From the NCBI GenBank assembly GCA_030141605.1, contig JAQGDQ010000338.1:186001-250000 (forward strand): a DNA stretch of 64,000 bases, given 5' to 3'. This stretch comes from Tubiluchus corallicola (Eukaryota; Animalia; Priapulida). Positions 49,313 to 63,437 of the stretch are shown one piece after another (the first letter of the stretch is position 1; the number at the start of each line of letters is the position of its first letter). The notes below the pieces were generated by a model. The model was given only the letters and a program-made list of their open reading frames with translations. It had not been told where the DNA came from and made no database searches. Both the position numbers and the translations under genes were made by a program.

Positions 49313-50251
49313 TTGTGCCACCTTAACAAGCCAAGCTTTCAAGGTGTCATACAGCAACTTTTTTATTTGGTTAATTTGACTTCATCAACGTTTTTTTAAC
49401 TATACTGTTTCCTTTTGTTTCAATAATATTGTATGTTGATGTATTGTATATGTATTGCTGGAGTGAAATAAATTGATTGATTGACTGACTACCTTAGTTA
49501 ATAGTCTTATAGGTATGGCAGACAAAACTACCCGAAAACAGTATGAGGTAGTCACCCATCTGTTTGCTAACTAGGTTTGGCACTGCTTAAATTCTCGGGG
49601 AAAGCCAGCACGACTTTGCTGTTCCCCTCGCTTGAAACGTTACATCATTTCCATGCTTTATTAGAGCAATTTGTGTAAAACGTTAATAAATTGTTAATTT
49701 TACTAATGACTTGGGAGCCATTTTTGTTCTCAGCCAATCTCCCAACTTAATCTAAGATTAATGAAGGGAGAAGTAATGAGCAATTTACAAGCAAATTACA
49801 TGCATCATAGCGAACAGCTTTCAAATCAAATGTTGATTTAATATACATTCGTGGAAAGATTTTCCAACGTGGCTCAGTGTCTGGGGTATATTAGTTAAAG
49901 CACAACAAAACATGCTTTATAAAGCTTAAAAAATTCGTTTTGAAATCACTTGCCTGCTGTCTTATTGCACACAGCGTTTGCATTAATAGTAACGCTGTGT
50001 AAAACAGTTTAATTTGTAACAATTTTCTAAATGTACTTTTACATATATATATCGAAAACAAGAACTAGTAATTAAAATATGCGCATAATTATTGATAAAT
50101 ATTACATTTTTACAATGACGATATTTGCAATGATGCAAAAACAAGAGTAATTCGTACTTGTTTAGTAATAAAGGTTTACCGGTCTATTATAAGAGTCCTA
50201 CGTTTTAGTAAAGAGAAAAGAAATTACAATATGATTAAATCTATACGTTAA

Positions 50252-50630
50252 AGCATAAGAAAACCCTTCATAAACATAAAGCTTGAAAAATTCGTTTTCA
50301 AATTTTATATCACTTACATACTGCCTTTTTGCGTGCAGGATTTCAATCAGCAGTCACGCTGTATAAAACATGTAAATTTAAACTCCCGCGATGAAACAAT
50401 TTTAGATAACATTGAGTAAAGTTTGAAAAAATGATCAGAGCATTCGTAGCGCACACTTCGCTAGCTAAACAAAAGCATAAATCACTTTAGCTCGTCATTA
50501 AGATCAATAATATGTTTTTGGTGAATCAGTGGTGCACACTGGGATAGCGATAGAGTGACGTTTTACCAAGTCGCGTGAATATTTTTAATTATCAGAATTT
50601 TCTTTTCCAATTAGATACGTAGATACGTCT
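50252..50630 (-). mobile_element. Right part of the Kolobok-like MITE family, interrupted by a LINE fragment
   Basis: TTAA (50248-50251) then AGCATAAGAAAACCCTTCATAAAC..., the reverse complement of ~46450-46851. Confidence 0.65.
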
Positions 50631-50640
50631 TCTAAACAAG

Positions 50641-52125
50641 CTTAATATAGCTGCCTTAGGAAATAATGATCTGTTGAAGTTGTTATTATTCAGAAAAGAT
50701 AAATTTAACTATGTTGCTAACTGTAAAATATTCCAATGGATACATGACTTTATATTACGTACTAAACGCCTCCAGTAGTTTCTATCTGAAATAAAATGCA
50801 TCAGTCTTAAATAATCTTACATTAATATTTTCTAACCGTTATTTTCTACTAATGTCTAATGTAATCTTGTAGTAAAACTTGTCAGCTTGTGTAGTTATAA
50901 TCTATTCTTACTGTAAATGTTACTAATATCTAATGTAATCTTGTAGTAAAACTTGTCAGCTTGTGTAGTTATAGTCTATTCTTACTGTAAATGTTACTAA
51001 TATCTAATGTAATCTTGTAGTAAAACTTGTCAGCTTGTGTAGTTATAGTCTATTCTTACTGTAAATGTTGCTAATATCTAATGTAATCTTGTAGTAAAAC
51101 TTGTCAGCTTGTGTAGTTATAGTCTATTCTTACTGTAAATGTTACTAATATCTAATGTAATCTTGTAGTAAAACTTGTCAGCTTGTGTAGTTATAGTCTA
51201 TTCTTACTGTAAATGTTACTAATGTCTAATGTAATCTTGTAGTAAAACTTGTCAGCTTGTGTAGTTATAGTCTATTCTTACTGTAAATGTTACTAATGTC
51301 TAATGTAATCTTGTAGTAAAACTTGTCAGCTTGTGTAGTTATAGTCTATTCTTACTGTAAATGTTACTAATATCTAATGTAATCTTGTAGTAAAACTTGT
51401 CAGCTTGTGTAGTTATAGTCTATTCTTACTGTAAATGTTACTAATATCTAATGTAATCTTGTAGTAAAACTTGTCAGCTTGTGTAGTTATAGTCTATTCT
51501 TACTGTAAATGTTACTAATATCTAATGTAATCTTGTAGTAAAACTTGTCAGCTTGTGTAGTTATAGTCTATTCTTACTGTAAATGTTACTAATATCTAAT
51601 GTAATCTTGTAGTAAAACTTGTCAGCTTGTGTAGTTATAGTCTATTCTTACTGTAAATGTTACTAATGTCTAATGTAATCTTGTAGTAAAACTTGTCAGC
51701 TTGTGTAGTTATAGTCTATTCTTACTGTAAATGTTACTAATGTCTAATGTAATCTTGTAGTAAAACTTGTCAGCTTGTGTAGTTATAGTCTATTCTTACT
51801 GTAAATGTTACTAATGTCTAATGTAATCTTGTAGTAAAACTTGTCAGCTTGTGTAGTTATAGTCTATTCTTACTGTAAATGTTACTAATGTCTAATGTAA
51901 TCTTGTAGTAAAACTTGTCAGCTTGTGTAGTTATAGTCTATTCTTACTGTAAATGTTACTAATATCTAATGTAATCTTGTAGTAAAACTTGTCAGCTTGT
52001 GTAGTTATAGTCTATTCTTACTGTAAATGTTCTTGTAAATAGTGTATAAAGTCTGTTGTGGTGAGGATCCTAAATCATGTTGTTCAAACTGTCTGTTTCA
52101 ATCCTAAATAAATTGTTTAAACTAA
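50641..52125 (+). mobile_element. LINE 3' end (19690-20215 family) carrying an internal tandem expansion
   Basis: 50641-50850 and 52030-52125 match the other two copies; a 74-bp array lies between them. Confidence 0.8.
50847..52031. repeat. 74-bp minisatellite, 16 near-identical units
   Basis: TACTAAT(A/G)TC at 50847, 50921, 50995 and so on. Confidence 0.97.
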
Positions 52126-52587
52126 ACAGGTTTAAATTATTAACTAGCATGAAAATATTATTGCCACAGAAACGTAATTCAGCGTTCACATGGATAATTT
52201 ATCACGGCCACATGCATATCGCCATTCGCTAGTTAGATAGGCACTAGCGCCCACATCTCAGTATGGCGTTGCACAAAGAAGAGGTGCTGTACCTCTCACT
52301 TGAAAGGTGTCCAGTTGTGACGTAGTACACACGTTCGAGAGCTCATATGTGAACTCCATTTTTTTAATTTCAAAATTAAATTTGCCGAGTTTTTGTATAT
52401 CACTCTGAATGTTGTACAGTAGCACTCTACTTCAATTTTCGTTTTCACAAACACGTGCAACACGCTCATGAAACGTTTATGCTGTTGAATATTTTGTTCG
52501 TTTGTGATGTCGTCACTAGCTGGTCTCGGCTGCCGTTAATTAAGTTTTTGTCTTTTTATTTAATCATCAGAAACGCTTTGGCATTAT

Positions 52588-54184
52588 TATATGTGTTAAA
52601 ATGTATACTTTTTACCGTAATTCAAAATGCATATTTGTTAAAATGTATACTTTTTACCGTAATTCAAAATGCATATTTGTTAAAATATATACTTTTTACC
52701 GTAATTCAAAATGCATATGTGTTAAAATGTATACTTTTTACCGTAATTCAAAATGCATATATGTTAAAATATATACTTTTTACCGTAATTCAAAATGCAT
52801 ATGTGTTAAAATGCATACTTTTTACCGTAATTCAAAATGCATATGTGTTAAAATGTATACTTTTTACCATAATTCAAAATGCATATGTGTTAAAATGTAT
52901 ACTTTTTACCGTAATTCAAAATGCATATGTGTTAAAATGTATACTTTTTACCGTAATTCAAAATGCATATGTGTTAAAATGTATACTTTTTACCGTAATT
53001 CAAAATGCATATTTGTTAAAATGTCAACTTTTTACCGTCATTCAAAATGCATATTTGTTAAAATGTATACTTTTTACCGTAATTCAAAATGCATATGTGT
53101 TAAAATATATACTTTTTACCGTAATTCAAAATGCATATGTGTTAAAATATATACTTTTTACCGTAATTCAAAATGCATATGTGTTAAAATATATACTTTT
53201 TACCGTAATTCAAAATGCATATGTGTTAAAATATATACTTTTTACCGTAATTCAAAATGCATATTTGTTAAAATGTATACTTTTTACCGTAATTCAAAAT
53301 GCATATGTGTTAAAATATATACTTTTTACCGTAATTCAAAATGCATATTTGTTAAAATGTATACTTTTTACCGTAATTCAAAATGCATATATGTTAAAAT
53401 ATATACTTTTTACCGTAATTCAAAATGCATACGTGTTAAAATATATACTTTTTACCGTAATTCAAAATGCATACGTGTTAAAATATATACTTTTTACCGT
53501 AATTCAAAATGCATACGTGTTAAAATATATACTTTTTACCGTAATTCAAAATGCATATGTGTTAAAATGTATACTTTTTACCGTAATTCAAAATGCATAT
53601 GTGTTAAAATATATACTTTTTACCGTAATTCAAAATGCATATGTGTTAAAATATATACTTTTTACCGTAATTCAAAATGCATATATGTTAAAATATATAC
53701 TTTTTACCGTAATTCAAAATGCATATATGTTAAAATATATACTTTTTACCGTAATTAAAAATGCATACGTGTTAAAATATATACTTTTTACCGTAATTAA
53801 AAATGCATACGTGTTAAAATATATACTTTTTACCGTAATTCAAAATGCATATTTGTTAAAATGTATACTTTTTACCGTAATTCAAAATGCATATGTGTTA
53901 AAATATATACTTTTTACCGTAATTCAAAATGCATATGTGTTAAAATATATACTTTTTACCGTAATTCAAAATGCATATTTGTTAAAATGTATACTTTTTA
54001 CCGTAATTCAAAATGCATATGTGTTAAAATGTATACTTTTTACCGTAATTCAAAATGCATATGTGTTAAAATGTATACTTTTTACCATAATTCAAAATGC
54101 ATATGTGTTAAAATGTATACTTTTTACTGTAATTCAAAATGCATATGTGGTAAAATGTATACTTTTTACCTTAATTCAAAATGC
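52588..54184. repeat. 42-bp minisatellite, ~38 units
   Basis: Unit ATATGTGTTAAAATGTATACTTTTTACCGTAATTCAAAATGC; 14-aa periodicity in the spurious ORFs. Confidence 0.97.
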
Positions 54185-54576
54185 GGAAGAATAAACCCCT
54201 ACTTCCGGTAAACAGTCGTAAATCCTAGAGCTTAAGAGCTTCTGCTCCTGTTGCCTTGGAAATATACACGTCAATAGGGCTCTATTACTTACGGACGCTT
54301 AGCGTTCCCATGACACGTTGCTGCTTACCTGTAGAGTGAGTGATGTTCTGCTGATTATAATGTATTCACCTATTGTGTTACCTGTGAGCATTAGCTTAGC
54401 TAATAGCGAGGTAATAATGTCACTTTGGAAGAGCAGAGTACACAGATCGCAGAACGTCAATCAACCGACTAGATCTGCTGTATCTCGACTCTATCAGTTT
54501 TTCGAGTGCTCACGCCATGACTTACTCCCAAACTCGCCGCATTTGTATGTGAAGCGCGTAAAGAAATACAGGGAAA

Positions 54577-54617
<41 letters not shown>

Positions 54618-54619
54618 TA

Positions 54620-55225
54620 ATTCTTTATTTGTCATTAAAATGGTTCACTCATTATAATAAAATTGAGTAAGCCTCAGCGTAATGTTAAAATAACAACACT
54701 GTTCAAGAGAAATGCGTCCAGTGCAGACTAAAAAGAAACTAAAGTGCAAAACTAAGGCCTAATTATGTACAATGAATGAACAAACACCATATTAAAATAT
54801 TTTTACAAAACAATATTACAAAAGTACATTAAATTTTACATGACATATTTTACACTATATATATACATTTAACATGACACAATTAACAGAAACATGCTTT
54901 ACATTACATAAATTTCACTCATTACATTTACACTATTTATACATTTGACATTACAAAACTAACACAACACGTATTACATTACATAATTTTTTTAAAATAT
55001 TTACATTTTTAATCGTTTTATGGAGTCAGGGGGGGGTAGATGAAAGTTGAGTCTGTGTAATTAGTGTCAGATGCACAATGTGGAAGTTGAGACCTGTTAT
55101 ATTGATATTCTTTTAATTTCTTTTTAAAGTGGTTGAGAGATTCTATTTGTTTTATTTCACTGGGTAGTAAGTTCCATAAATGTATAGCTTGTTTTGATAT
55201 AGAGTTATTTCCAAATTTATTTGTT
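54620..55225 (-). mobile_element. Second copy of the L2-like 3' end (10205-10990 family)
   Basis: High identity to ~10225-10790; tail runs into (AT)n. Confidence 0.75.
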
Positions 55226-55736
55226 GATAGTTGATTTTACTAATTATTTATAATAATATAGTAATAAAATAATTAGTCATCTGAAACAAATCTCAAATGT
55301 TACTAATATTTCAAAACAGAAATTACTGAAACAAAGAAAATGAATATAATAAAAGATGAATTATTTACAACTTGTTGTCTTTCCGCCATTTTAAAAACTT
55401 GGCGGGAAAGCTTGGGCAGATGGCAGCACAGGAGGTATCCATGTTTTTCACCTTTGTTCACCTTATATGCTGTAGCGACTTGCAACCAATGAGTGTTTGT
55501 GAGAATGTGTGTTACGTCATCAAGGTGGGCGGGTCAAAAATATGACGTAGCAACACCCCTCTTAGCGATACGTAGGGATTTTCTAATTGACTGACTAGTT
55601 AAAATCTTCAACCAACCGATCAATTTATCTACCAATCAAGATAATGTCTGCAGTTGTCTCTTGGTGTACAAGGACAAATCAGACAGGGTTTGTAACGGTA
55701 CTACAGTGCCGGTTTGATTTCCGAAGGATACAATAG

Positions 55737-56012
55737 GATAACGTGACGTCACCCTTGTCAGCTACAGACGTCATCTTGCGCTTGTTGCGTAGTGACAGTC
55801 ATCCTGGAATCACTACAGTGTGATCCATCATTAAGCGCATGCGCTACACTAAATGAATTACTGTGATTCGTGGACAGGACAACGTGACGTCACCCTAGTC
55901 AGCTACAAACGTCATCTTGCGCTTGTTGCATAGTGACAGTCATCATGGAATCACTACAGTGTGATCCATCATTAAGCGCATGCGCTACGCTAAATGAATT
56001 ACTGTGATTCGT
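55737..56012. repeat. Tandem duplication, ~142 bp x 2
   Basis: AACGTGACGTCACCCT.GTCAGCTACA...TAAATGAATTACTGTGATTCGTG occurs twice. Confidence 0.9.
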
Positions 56013-56169
56013 GAGACATTCTACAGTATTTCGTTGGCCTTCGAGATTAAATTTTACACGTTTTATTGGTTTATATAAACAACTATGCGTCACGTCAATA
56101 AACTACTTAACATTAACACACTGGTTGAAGTTGCTGAATGGTGGTGATGATGGTAACAGTAAGAATTGC

Positions 56170-56208
<39 letters not shown>

Positions 56209-56260
56209 AAAGAAGATGGTGGTGGTGGTGGTGGTGGTGGTGGTGGTGGTGGTGGTTGTG
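56170..56260. repeat. (GAT)n-(GGT)n microsatellite
   Basis: Seen directly. Confidence 0.9.
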
Positions 56261-56416
56261 ATGTTAAAGGTGGCAGTTATGTTGGTGATGATGACAACAC
56301 CATCACTATGTGTTTTTTTCGCATATCTTTTGCTGTGCTTTTGTATCTCTAACAAATTGTATCCATAAATAAATTAATAAATTAAATAAATTAATGTTTA
56401 ATAAATTAAATGCAAT

Positions 56417-56785
56417 ACTTCTGCCTGAAGACCTTAATATAGCTGCCTTAGGAAATAATGATCTGTTGAAGTTGTTATTATTCGGTAAAGATGAATTTAA
56501 CTATGTTGCTAACTGCAAAATATTCCAATGTATACATGACTTTATATTACGTACTAAACGCTTCCAGTAGTTTCTATCTGATATAAAATGCATCGGTCTT
56601 AAATAATCGTACATTAATATTTGTTAACCGTCATCTTCTACTAAAGTATACTAAAAACTAAGTATAGTCTATTCTTACTGTAAATGTTCTTGTAAATAGT
56701 GCATAAAGTCTGTTGTGGTGAGGATCCTAAATCATGTTGTACAAACTGTCTGATCCAATCCTAAATAAATTATTTTTAAACTAAT
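56417..56785 (+). mobile_element. Third copy of the LINE 3' end (19690-20215 family)
   Basis: CTTCTGCCTGAA.ACCTTAATATAGCTGCCTTAGG...ATCCTAAATAAAT. Confidence 0.8.
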
Positions 56786-57216
56786 TGTATCCAAAAATGG
56801 AAACATGAAAAGTGTTCTTTGGTCTACATGTAACAACACGTAGGCTGTAGCTGTGATTTGGCTGCCATAATTAAAACGAAAAGGTCGATAACGAGTTGTG
56901 CTAATTAGAGTGATGGGGTCGTGTCGGTTGTGCACATGAATGTGGAATTGTATCGAACTTGGCTTCATTTGCATCGTGCTCCGCACGGTTAGTCTACAAC
57001 TGAACGCTCAATTGCACAACGTCTTATTCAGTAATCTCACTCAGTGTCTCAAGACGTTGACATCTGACATCATGAGCAACTGGGAGATTATTCACATAAG
57101 CATGTCCCTACACGCAAACATCACCAAGACGCGTTGTCCTAGAGCAGTAGACTCTATATGCAGTCATAAGTGTAGACCTAACCTTCTATGAAAATAACTG
57201 AGGAACTTTATAAAGT

Positions 57217-57519
57217 AAGTGAGTGAGTGAGTGAGTGAGTGAGGGAGTGAGGGAGTGAGGGAGGGAGGGAGGGAGGGAGGGAGGGAGGTCAGTCAGTCAG
57301 TCAGTCAGTCAGTCAGTCAGTCAGTCAGTCAGTGAGTGAGTGAGTGAGTGAGTGAGTGAGTGAGTGAGTGAGTGAGTGAGTGAGTGAGTGAGTGAGTGAG
57401 TGAGTGAGTGAGTGAGTGAGTGAGTGAGTGAGTGAGTGAGTGAGTGAGTGAGTGAGTGAGTGAGTGAGTGAGTGAGTGAGTGAGTGAGTGAGTGAGTGAG
57501 TGAGTGAGTGAGTGAGTGA

Positions 57520-57556
<37 letters not shown>

Positions 57557-57861
57557 TGAGTGAGTGAGTGAGTGAGTGAGTGAGTGAGTGAGTGAGTGAG
57601 TGAGTGAGTGAGTGAGTGAGTGAGTGAGTGAGTGAGTGAGTGAGTGAGTGAGTGAGTGAGTGAGTGAGTAAGAGAGGAAGGGAGGCAGTGAGTGAGTGAG
57701 TGAGTGAGTGACTGAGTGAGTGAGTGGGTGAGTGAGTGAGTGAGTGAGTGAGTGAGTGAGTGAGTGAGTGAGTGAGTGAGTGAGTGAGTGAGTGAGTGAG
57801 TGAGTGAGTGAGTGAGTGAGTGAGTGAGTGAGTGAGTGAGTGAGTGAGTGAGTGAGTGAGT
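57217..57861. repeat. Compound (GTGA)n/(GGGA)n/(GTCA)n/(GA)n microsatellite
   Basis: Seen directly. Confidence 0.95.
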
Positions 57862-58400
57862 AAAAGTAAGTAAAGTAAAGTAAGTAAGTAAAGTAATTTA
57901 TTGTCATTATAGCATAATACATACTGTGAAATTTATGTGGTTTTACGCACTGCAATAACTTATGGAAACAACAAGGAGATTAACACAAATAATTCAATCA
58001 GTTGTACGGCGAGATAGAGAATTAATATTGGAAATTTACTGAAATTTACTGTTGATGGTGCAAATTGCAACGGGATGGAAAGAATTTAAAGTTCTTGTGG
58101 TTTTAGCTTTAACTGAGCGGAATCTACGACCAGAGGGGTGGGGCATTTCAAAGCATTTATCACCTGAATGAAATTCATCTTTCATAATAACCTTCGCTAT
58201 CTTTGCGACCCTAGTTGCCGTCGATTGCTCTTCAATTCCTAAAAGTTTTGAAGCAGATTTAACAACCTGATCAAGAGCATTGCGATCTCCCTCCGTGGCA
58301 GCGCCATACCAAACATTGAGAGGTGTAGTTAAGATGCTCTCAATTACTGCACATTAAAAACTTTTCATTCATTTTTTACATTCAAACTCTCCAACCTACT
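57862..58400 (-). mobile_element. Rex1/Babar-like LINE 3' end (missed by the ORF track)
   Basis: Manual translation of the minus strand: LNVWYGAATEGDRNALDQVVKSASKLLG...HPSGRRFRSVKAKTTRTLNSFHPVAICTIN; 3' end ATGACAATAAA followed by a (TACTT)-type tail. Confidence 0.75.
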
Positions 58401-58506
58401 TATGCTTGCATACAAGGCTAATAGTCATGTTTGTCTGTAGTGACGTGCTTACAAAAGAAATGGATGGGTGACCAGGCTGGAAAGCTTTCTAGGTGGTACC
58501 ACTACT

Positions 58507-58974
<468 letters not shown>

Positions 58975-59387
58975 CCGAATAATAATTTACTTTTTTCCTA
59001 TTTATTTTTTTATTTTTCTATTTCCTAAGGAATGAAACTAGTTAATACATTAAGTAATAGAACTAGTTAAAATAATAAATTAGGAAAATTTCAGGCGCCA
59101 CAGCTCCTTTGGTTAATTGCCCACATATTAAATGATGGACATTTTTTACCGTCAGAAGTTTTCTCTGCCAAAATCATTTTTCTCATTTGCGTAATTACCA
59201 TCAAGCTCTTATACAATTAGTAAAATTAGATCTAATTAGCGAAATTAGTAAAATTAGCACAAGTCAGTGTAAAAGTATTAGCCAACGCATGTAATGACGG
59301 CGCATTGCCCTAATTAGGTAGGCCCGTGCGTCATGATCGGATCTTTTCATCGAATCTTTTCATTCCTAACAGCTAATAAATACTTAA

Positions 59388-59840
59388 CCCTTTCAGTCCC
59401 AAATTATTTTTTAATAAGAAAAATTTTTTGGCTTGGTGCTTTTGTTCAGTATGTCCATCTTGTTTTTTTCTGCATAAATGATTTTTTTCTACCTGTGCCC
59501 GCGTGCTAAATATAGCCTGTATCCCACGGGATACATTGGGATTCAATGGAAGCATAAAATGTGCTTCATTTTGCAACTGCTGATAATTTTTTAAAGTATT
59601 TAAGACATTCAGTTATGCATGCTATGCTGATCTGTACAAAGTCATCTCTAAAGTACTGTACCTTGAGCAGTTTTTTATGCTATGTAGATTTTCTAGTTTA
59701 TCACCATTTTTAGTCTATTGTTATTGGCTTAAATAAAAATAACTATTAACAGATCAAATAACTGTCAGTTTTAAAATTTTATTAATTTTAAAGGCAGAAA
59801 ATATTCTCGTAGCCCACGGGATACAACGTGTATGAAAGGG
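59388..59840 (+). mobile_element. piggyBac-like MITE, complete
   Basis: TTAA|CCCTTTCA ... TGAAAGGG|TTAA; close copy of 44085-44538. Confidence 0.9.
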
Positions 59841-60013
59841 TTAATTAAATTCTAATTTTAAATTAATTTTCAATTTTAATTAAGTTTCCGTTGCTATAGC
59901 TTTAAGTTAAATGCCAGTTGGGAATAAATAAATCGTTTTTCTTGCACGCAAAATACTGTGTGGGAATTCAAAATTATACGTTTTTTAAACAGTTAAGTTC
60001 CGCCATTATATAC

Positions 60014-61505
60014 AGCGGTGATGTCAACCACAGGAGCCTGAGAGAGTGGTGATATCAAGCACAGGAGCCTGAGAGAGCGGTGATATCAACCACAGGAGCC
60101 TGAGAGAGTGGTGATATCAAGCACAGGAGCCTGAGAGAGCAGTGATATCAAGCGCAGGAGTCTGAGAGAGCGGTGATATCAAGTACAGGAGCCTGAGAGA
60201 GTAGTGATATCAAGCACAGGAGCCTGAGAGAGCGGTGATATCAAGTACAGGAGCCTGAGAGAGTGGTGATATCAAGCGCAGGAGTCTGAGAGAGCGGTGA
60301 TATCAAGTACAGGAGCCTGAGAGAGCAGTGATATCAAGCACATGAGCCTGAGAGAGCGGTGATATCAAGCACAGGAGCCTGAGAGAGCGGTGATATCAAG
60401 TACAGGAGCCTGAGAGAGTGGTGATATCAAGTGCAGGAGCCTGAGAGAGTAGTGATATGAAGCACAGGAGCCTGAGAGAGCGGTGATATCAAGCACAGGA
60501 GCCTGAGAGAGCAGTGATATCAAGCGCAGGAGTCTGAGAGAGTAGTGATATCAAGCACAGGAGCCTGAGAGAGCGGTGATATCAAGTACAGGAGCCTGAG
60601 AGAGTGGTGATATCAAGCGCAGGAGTCTGAGAGAGCGGTGATATCAAGTACAGGAGCCTGAGAGAGTGGTGATATCAAGTACAGGAGCCTGAGAGAGTGG
60701 TGATATCAAGTGCAGGAGCCTGAGAGAGCGGTGATATCAAGCACAGGAGCCTGAGAGAGCGGTGATATCAAGCACAGGAGCCTGAGAGAGCGGTGATATC
60801 AAGCACAGGAGCCTGAGAGAGCAGTGATATCAAGCGCAGGAGTCTGAGAGAGCGGTGATATCAAGTACAGGAGCCTGAGAGAGTGGTGATATCAAGTACA
60901 GGAGCCTGAGAGAGTGGTGATATCAAGTGCAGGAGCCTGAGAGAGCGGTGATATCAAGCACAGGAGCCTGAGAGAGCAGTGATATCAAGCGCAGGAGTCT
61001 GAGAGAGTAGTGATATCAAGCACAGGAGCCTGAGAGAGCGGTGATATCAAGTACAGGAGCCTGAGAGAGTGGTGATATCAAGCGCAGGAGTCTGAGAGAG
61101 CGGTGATATCAAGTACAGGAGCCTGAGAGAGTGGTGATATCAAGTACAGGAGCCTGAGAGAGTGGTGATATCAAGTGCAGGAGCCTGAGAGAGCGGTGAT
61201 ATCAAGCACAGGAGTCTGAGAGAGTGGTGATATCAACCACAGGAGCTTGAGAGAGTGGTGATATCAAGCACATTAGCCTGAGAGAGCAGTGATATCAAGC
61301 ACATTAGCCTGAGAGAGCGGTGATATCAAGCACAGGAGCCTGAGAGAGTAGTGATATCAAGCACAGGAGCCTGAGAGAGTGGTGATATCAAGCACAGGAG
61401 CCTGAGAGAGTGGTGATATCAAGCACAGGAGTCTGAGAGAGCGGTGATATCAAGCACAGGAGCCTGAGAGAGCAGTGATATCAAGCACAGGAGCCTGAAA
61501 GAGCT
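60014..61505. repeat. 31-bp minisatellite (AGCGGTGATATCAAGCACAGGAGCCTGAGAG), ~48 units
   Basis: Seen directly; period 31. Confidence 0.97.
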
Positions 61506-62073
61506 GGAGAGATGTCGTAGCAGCGACAAAGGAGAAAGGGTTCGGAGAAGAAGTATCACTGTCTTATGCGGCTCCTGGCGTAAACGGTAAATGCTCATAA
61601 TAAAAATACACAGCAACAAAAGTCAAACAGTTGAATTCAAGGTCACTGCAAATACAGTTGAATTCAAGGTCACAACAAACTAATGTAAGGCGCCGGTTGG
61701 CCTCTTCAATAGGATGATCGGTGCAGATGCCAATAATCCTTGAGTACATTAAATCGTACTGCACATGGATCTAGTCCTAACTTTTATGTATAATTCCATC
61801 TTTCTGTGTTCTGTCAATCAGCAGTAAAACTGCATTGCACGTGGCGAAAGTTGCTCTTTGTACAAAAGAGGGAAATATAAACTATAAACGCGATTTGCAA
61901 TAAACAACCCGACAGCGCGAGGCTCGTTCGCGAGCCGATTTTAGTAGAATCTTCAAACAGTTAGAATTTTGTACTTTTCCACCCTATCCAATGTGGAGCG
62001 GGGCAGTTCTCCGTGGCCTAGAATTTTGAGAGAGTGGAATTGGTAAAAGGCAATGAAAGGAGGATCTTCTAGT

Positions 62074-62530
62074 CAAGGCCTATTTCAGCCTAAGCGAGGC
62101 CCAGGGAAGTGGGGCGTGTGAAGCCCCCTGGGGGGCGGGCGCCACCATGGTTGGCACTGATAAAATTTTTGAACTGCTAGAACGCCGGAGAAGCATTTTC
62201 GAAGAGAAAATATGGAGTTATACAGTTTTTAAAGGAAAGAAGAATTGAAAGAAAAACTGCTTTATTCTCAAGACCAGTCCTTAATACTTGTCAAACAGTC
62301 AAATGAAAAACAACATCTTTGCAATATGTAATACCGTACTCTCACTTCTGTATAAGCCATCTTCTGACTTTTTGTTTCCCAAAGTTATCAATTAACTCGT
62401 TAACATCACGGCCTCTTGCTACATCCACATTCATACGAAACAGCTGAACATCGCATCGAGCCGCACAAGGCTAACGGCGCGCATGCGGTAAGAGAGAGAG
62501 GAGAGAGAGAGAGAGAGAGAGAGAGGGAAA

Positions 62531-62613
<83 letters not shown>

Positions 62614-62734
62614 AGAGAGAGAACAAGAGAGGGAGAGAGAAAGAGAGAGCAATTAAGAGAGGTGGGAGTAAGAGAGGAAGAGGGGGAGAGAGCAAGAGAG
62701 AGAGAGAGAGTAAGCAAGAGAGAGAGAGAGTAAG

Positions 62735-62807
<73 letters not shown>

Positions 62808-62915
62808 AGAGAGGAGGTAGTATGTTCGCATAAAGCAAAAAATGTTACCTCGGCGCTCCTCTGGAGGGTGAGTGAGTATCCCCACTTCCCCCCCCCCTCC
62901 CTGAAATAGGTCCTG
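62074..62915 (+). mobile_element. hAT MITE with an internal (GA)n microsatellite
   Basis: TIR CAAGGCCTATTTCAG / CTGAAATAGGTCCTG; perfect 8-bp TSD CTTCTAGT at 62066-62073 and 62916-62923. Confidence 0.88.
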
Positions 62916-63253
62916 CTTCTAGTAAAGAATACTGATGTAGTTAAAAAGAACATTAAAAACAAAGAGAGACTACAGATGACATGCACTATTAGAAGAACTA
63001 TTAATATATACAAAAACATACATGCATAATAAAAAAATAGATACAAAATTTAAAATCAATAAATAACGCGGCGCAGAGAATTAAATTCATTCAAAAATCT
63101 TAGTCATTCTTGAAATTCCGCTGAAGTTTTCACCGTTTCCTATTTCCAAGTTTAAAATCTTTGCCTGGAACGACTTCATTAGACCTAGTGCGTTGCCACC
63201 CTATCAAATGCGTACGCAACAATTACATTCAACCGATAATTGTATTTTTACAG

Positions 63254-63437
63254 CAACAACAAGAGATTAGAGCGATTTTCTTCAACTAGATCTGAAGGCC
63301 AGTATCATCAACATCATCGTTATCATCACCATCAGCATCACCAGAGACGGCACAGCTTGCATTCTGAACACGATGGCTCAACTTCGCAGACCAAGCGACC
63401 AACGATTAAAAGACATCGTCACACTTTGCTTTTGTGA
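63254..63437 (+). CDS. Candidate terminal coding exon (His/Arg/Ser-rich), possibly of the two-TM gene
   Basis: Acceptor TTGTATTTTTACAG|C in phase 2, matching the phase-2 donor at 27957/27958. Encodes NNKRLERFSSTRSEGQYHQHHRYHHHQHHQRRHSLHSEHDGSTSQTKRPTIKRHRHTLLL*. Confidence 0.4.

Noticed and set aside
52455-54211. 579-aa and 385-aa ORFs
   Set aside because: Translations of the 42-bp satellite in two frames; no unique coding flank.
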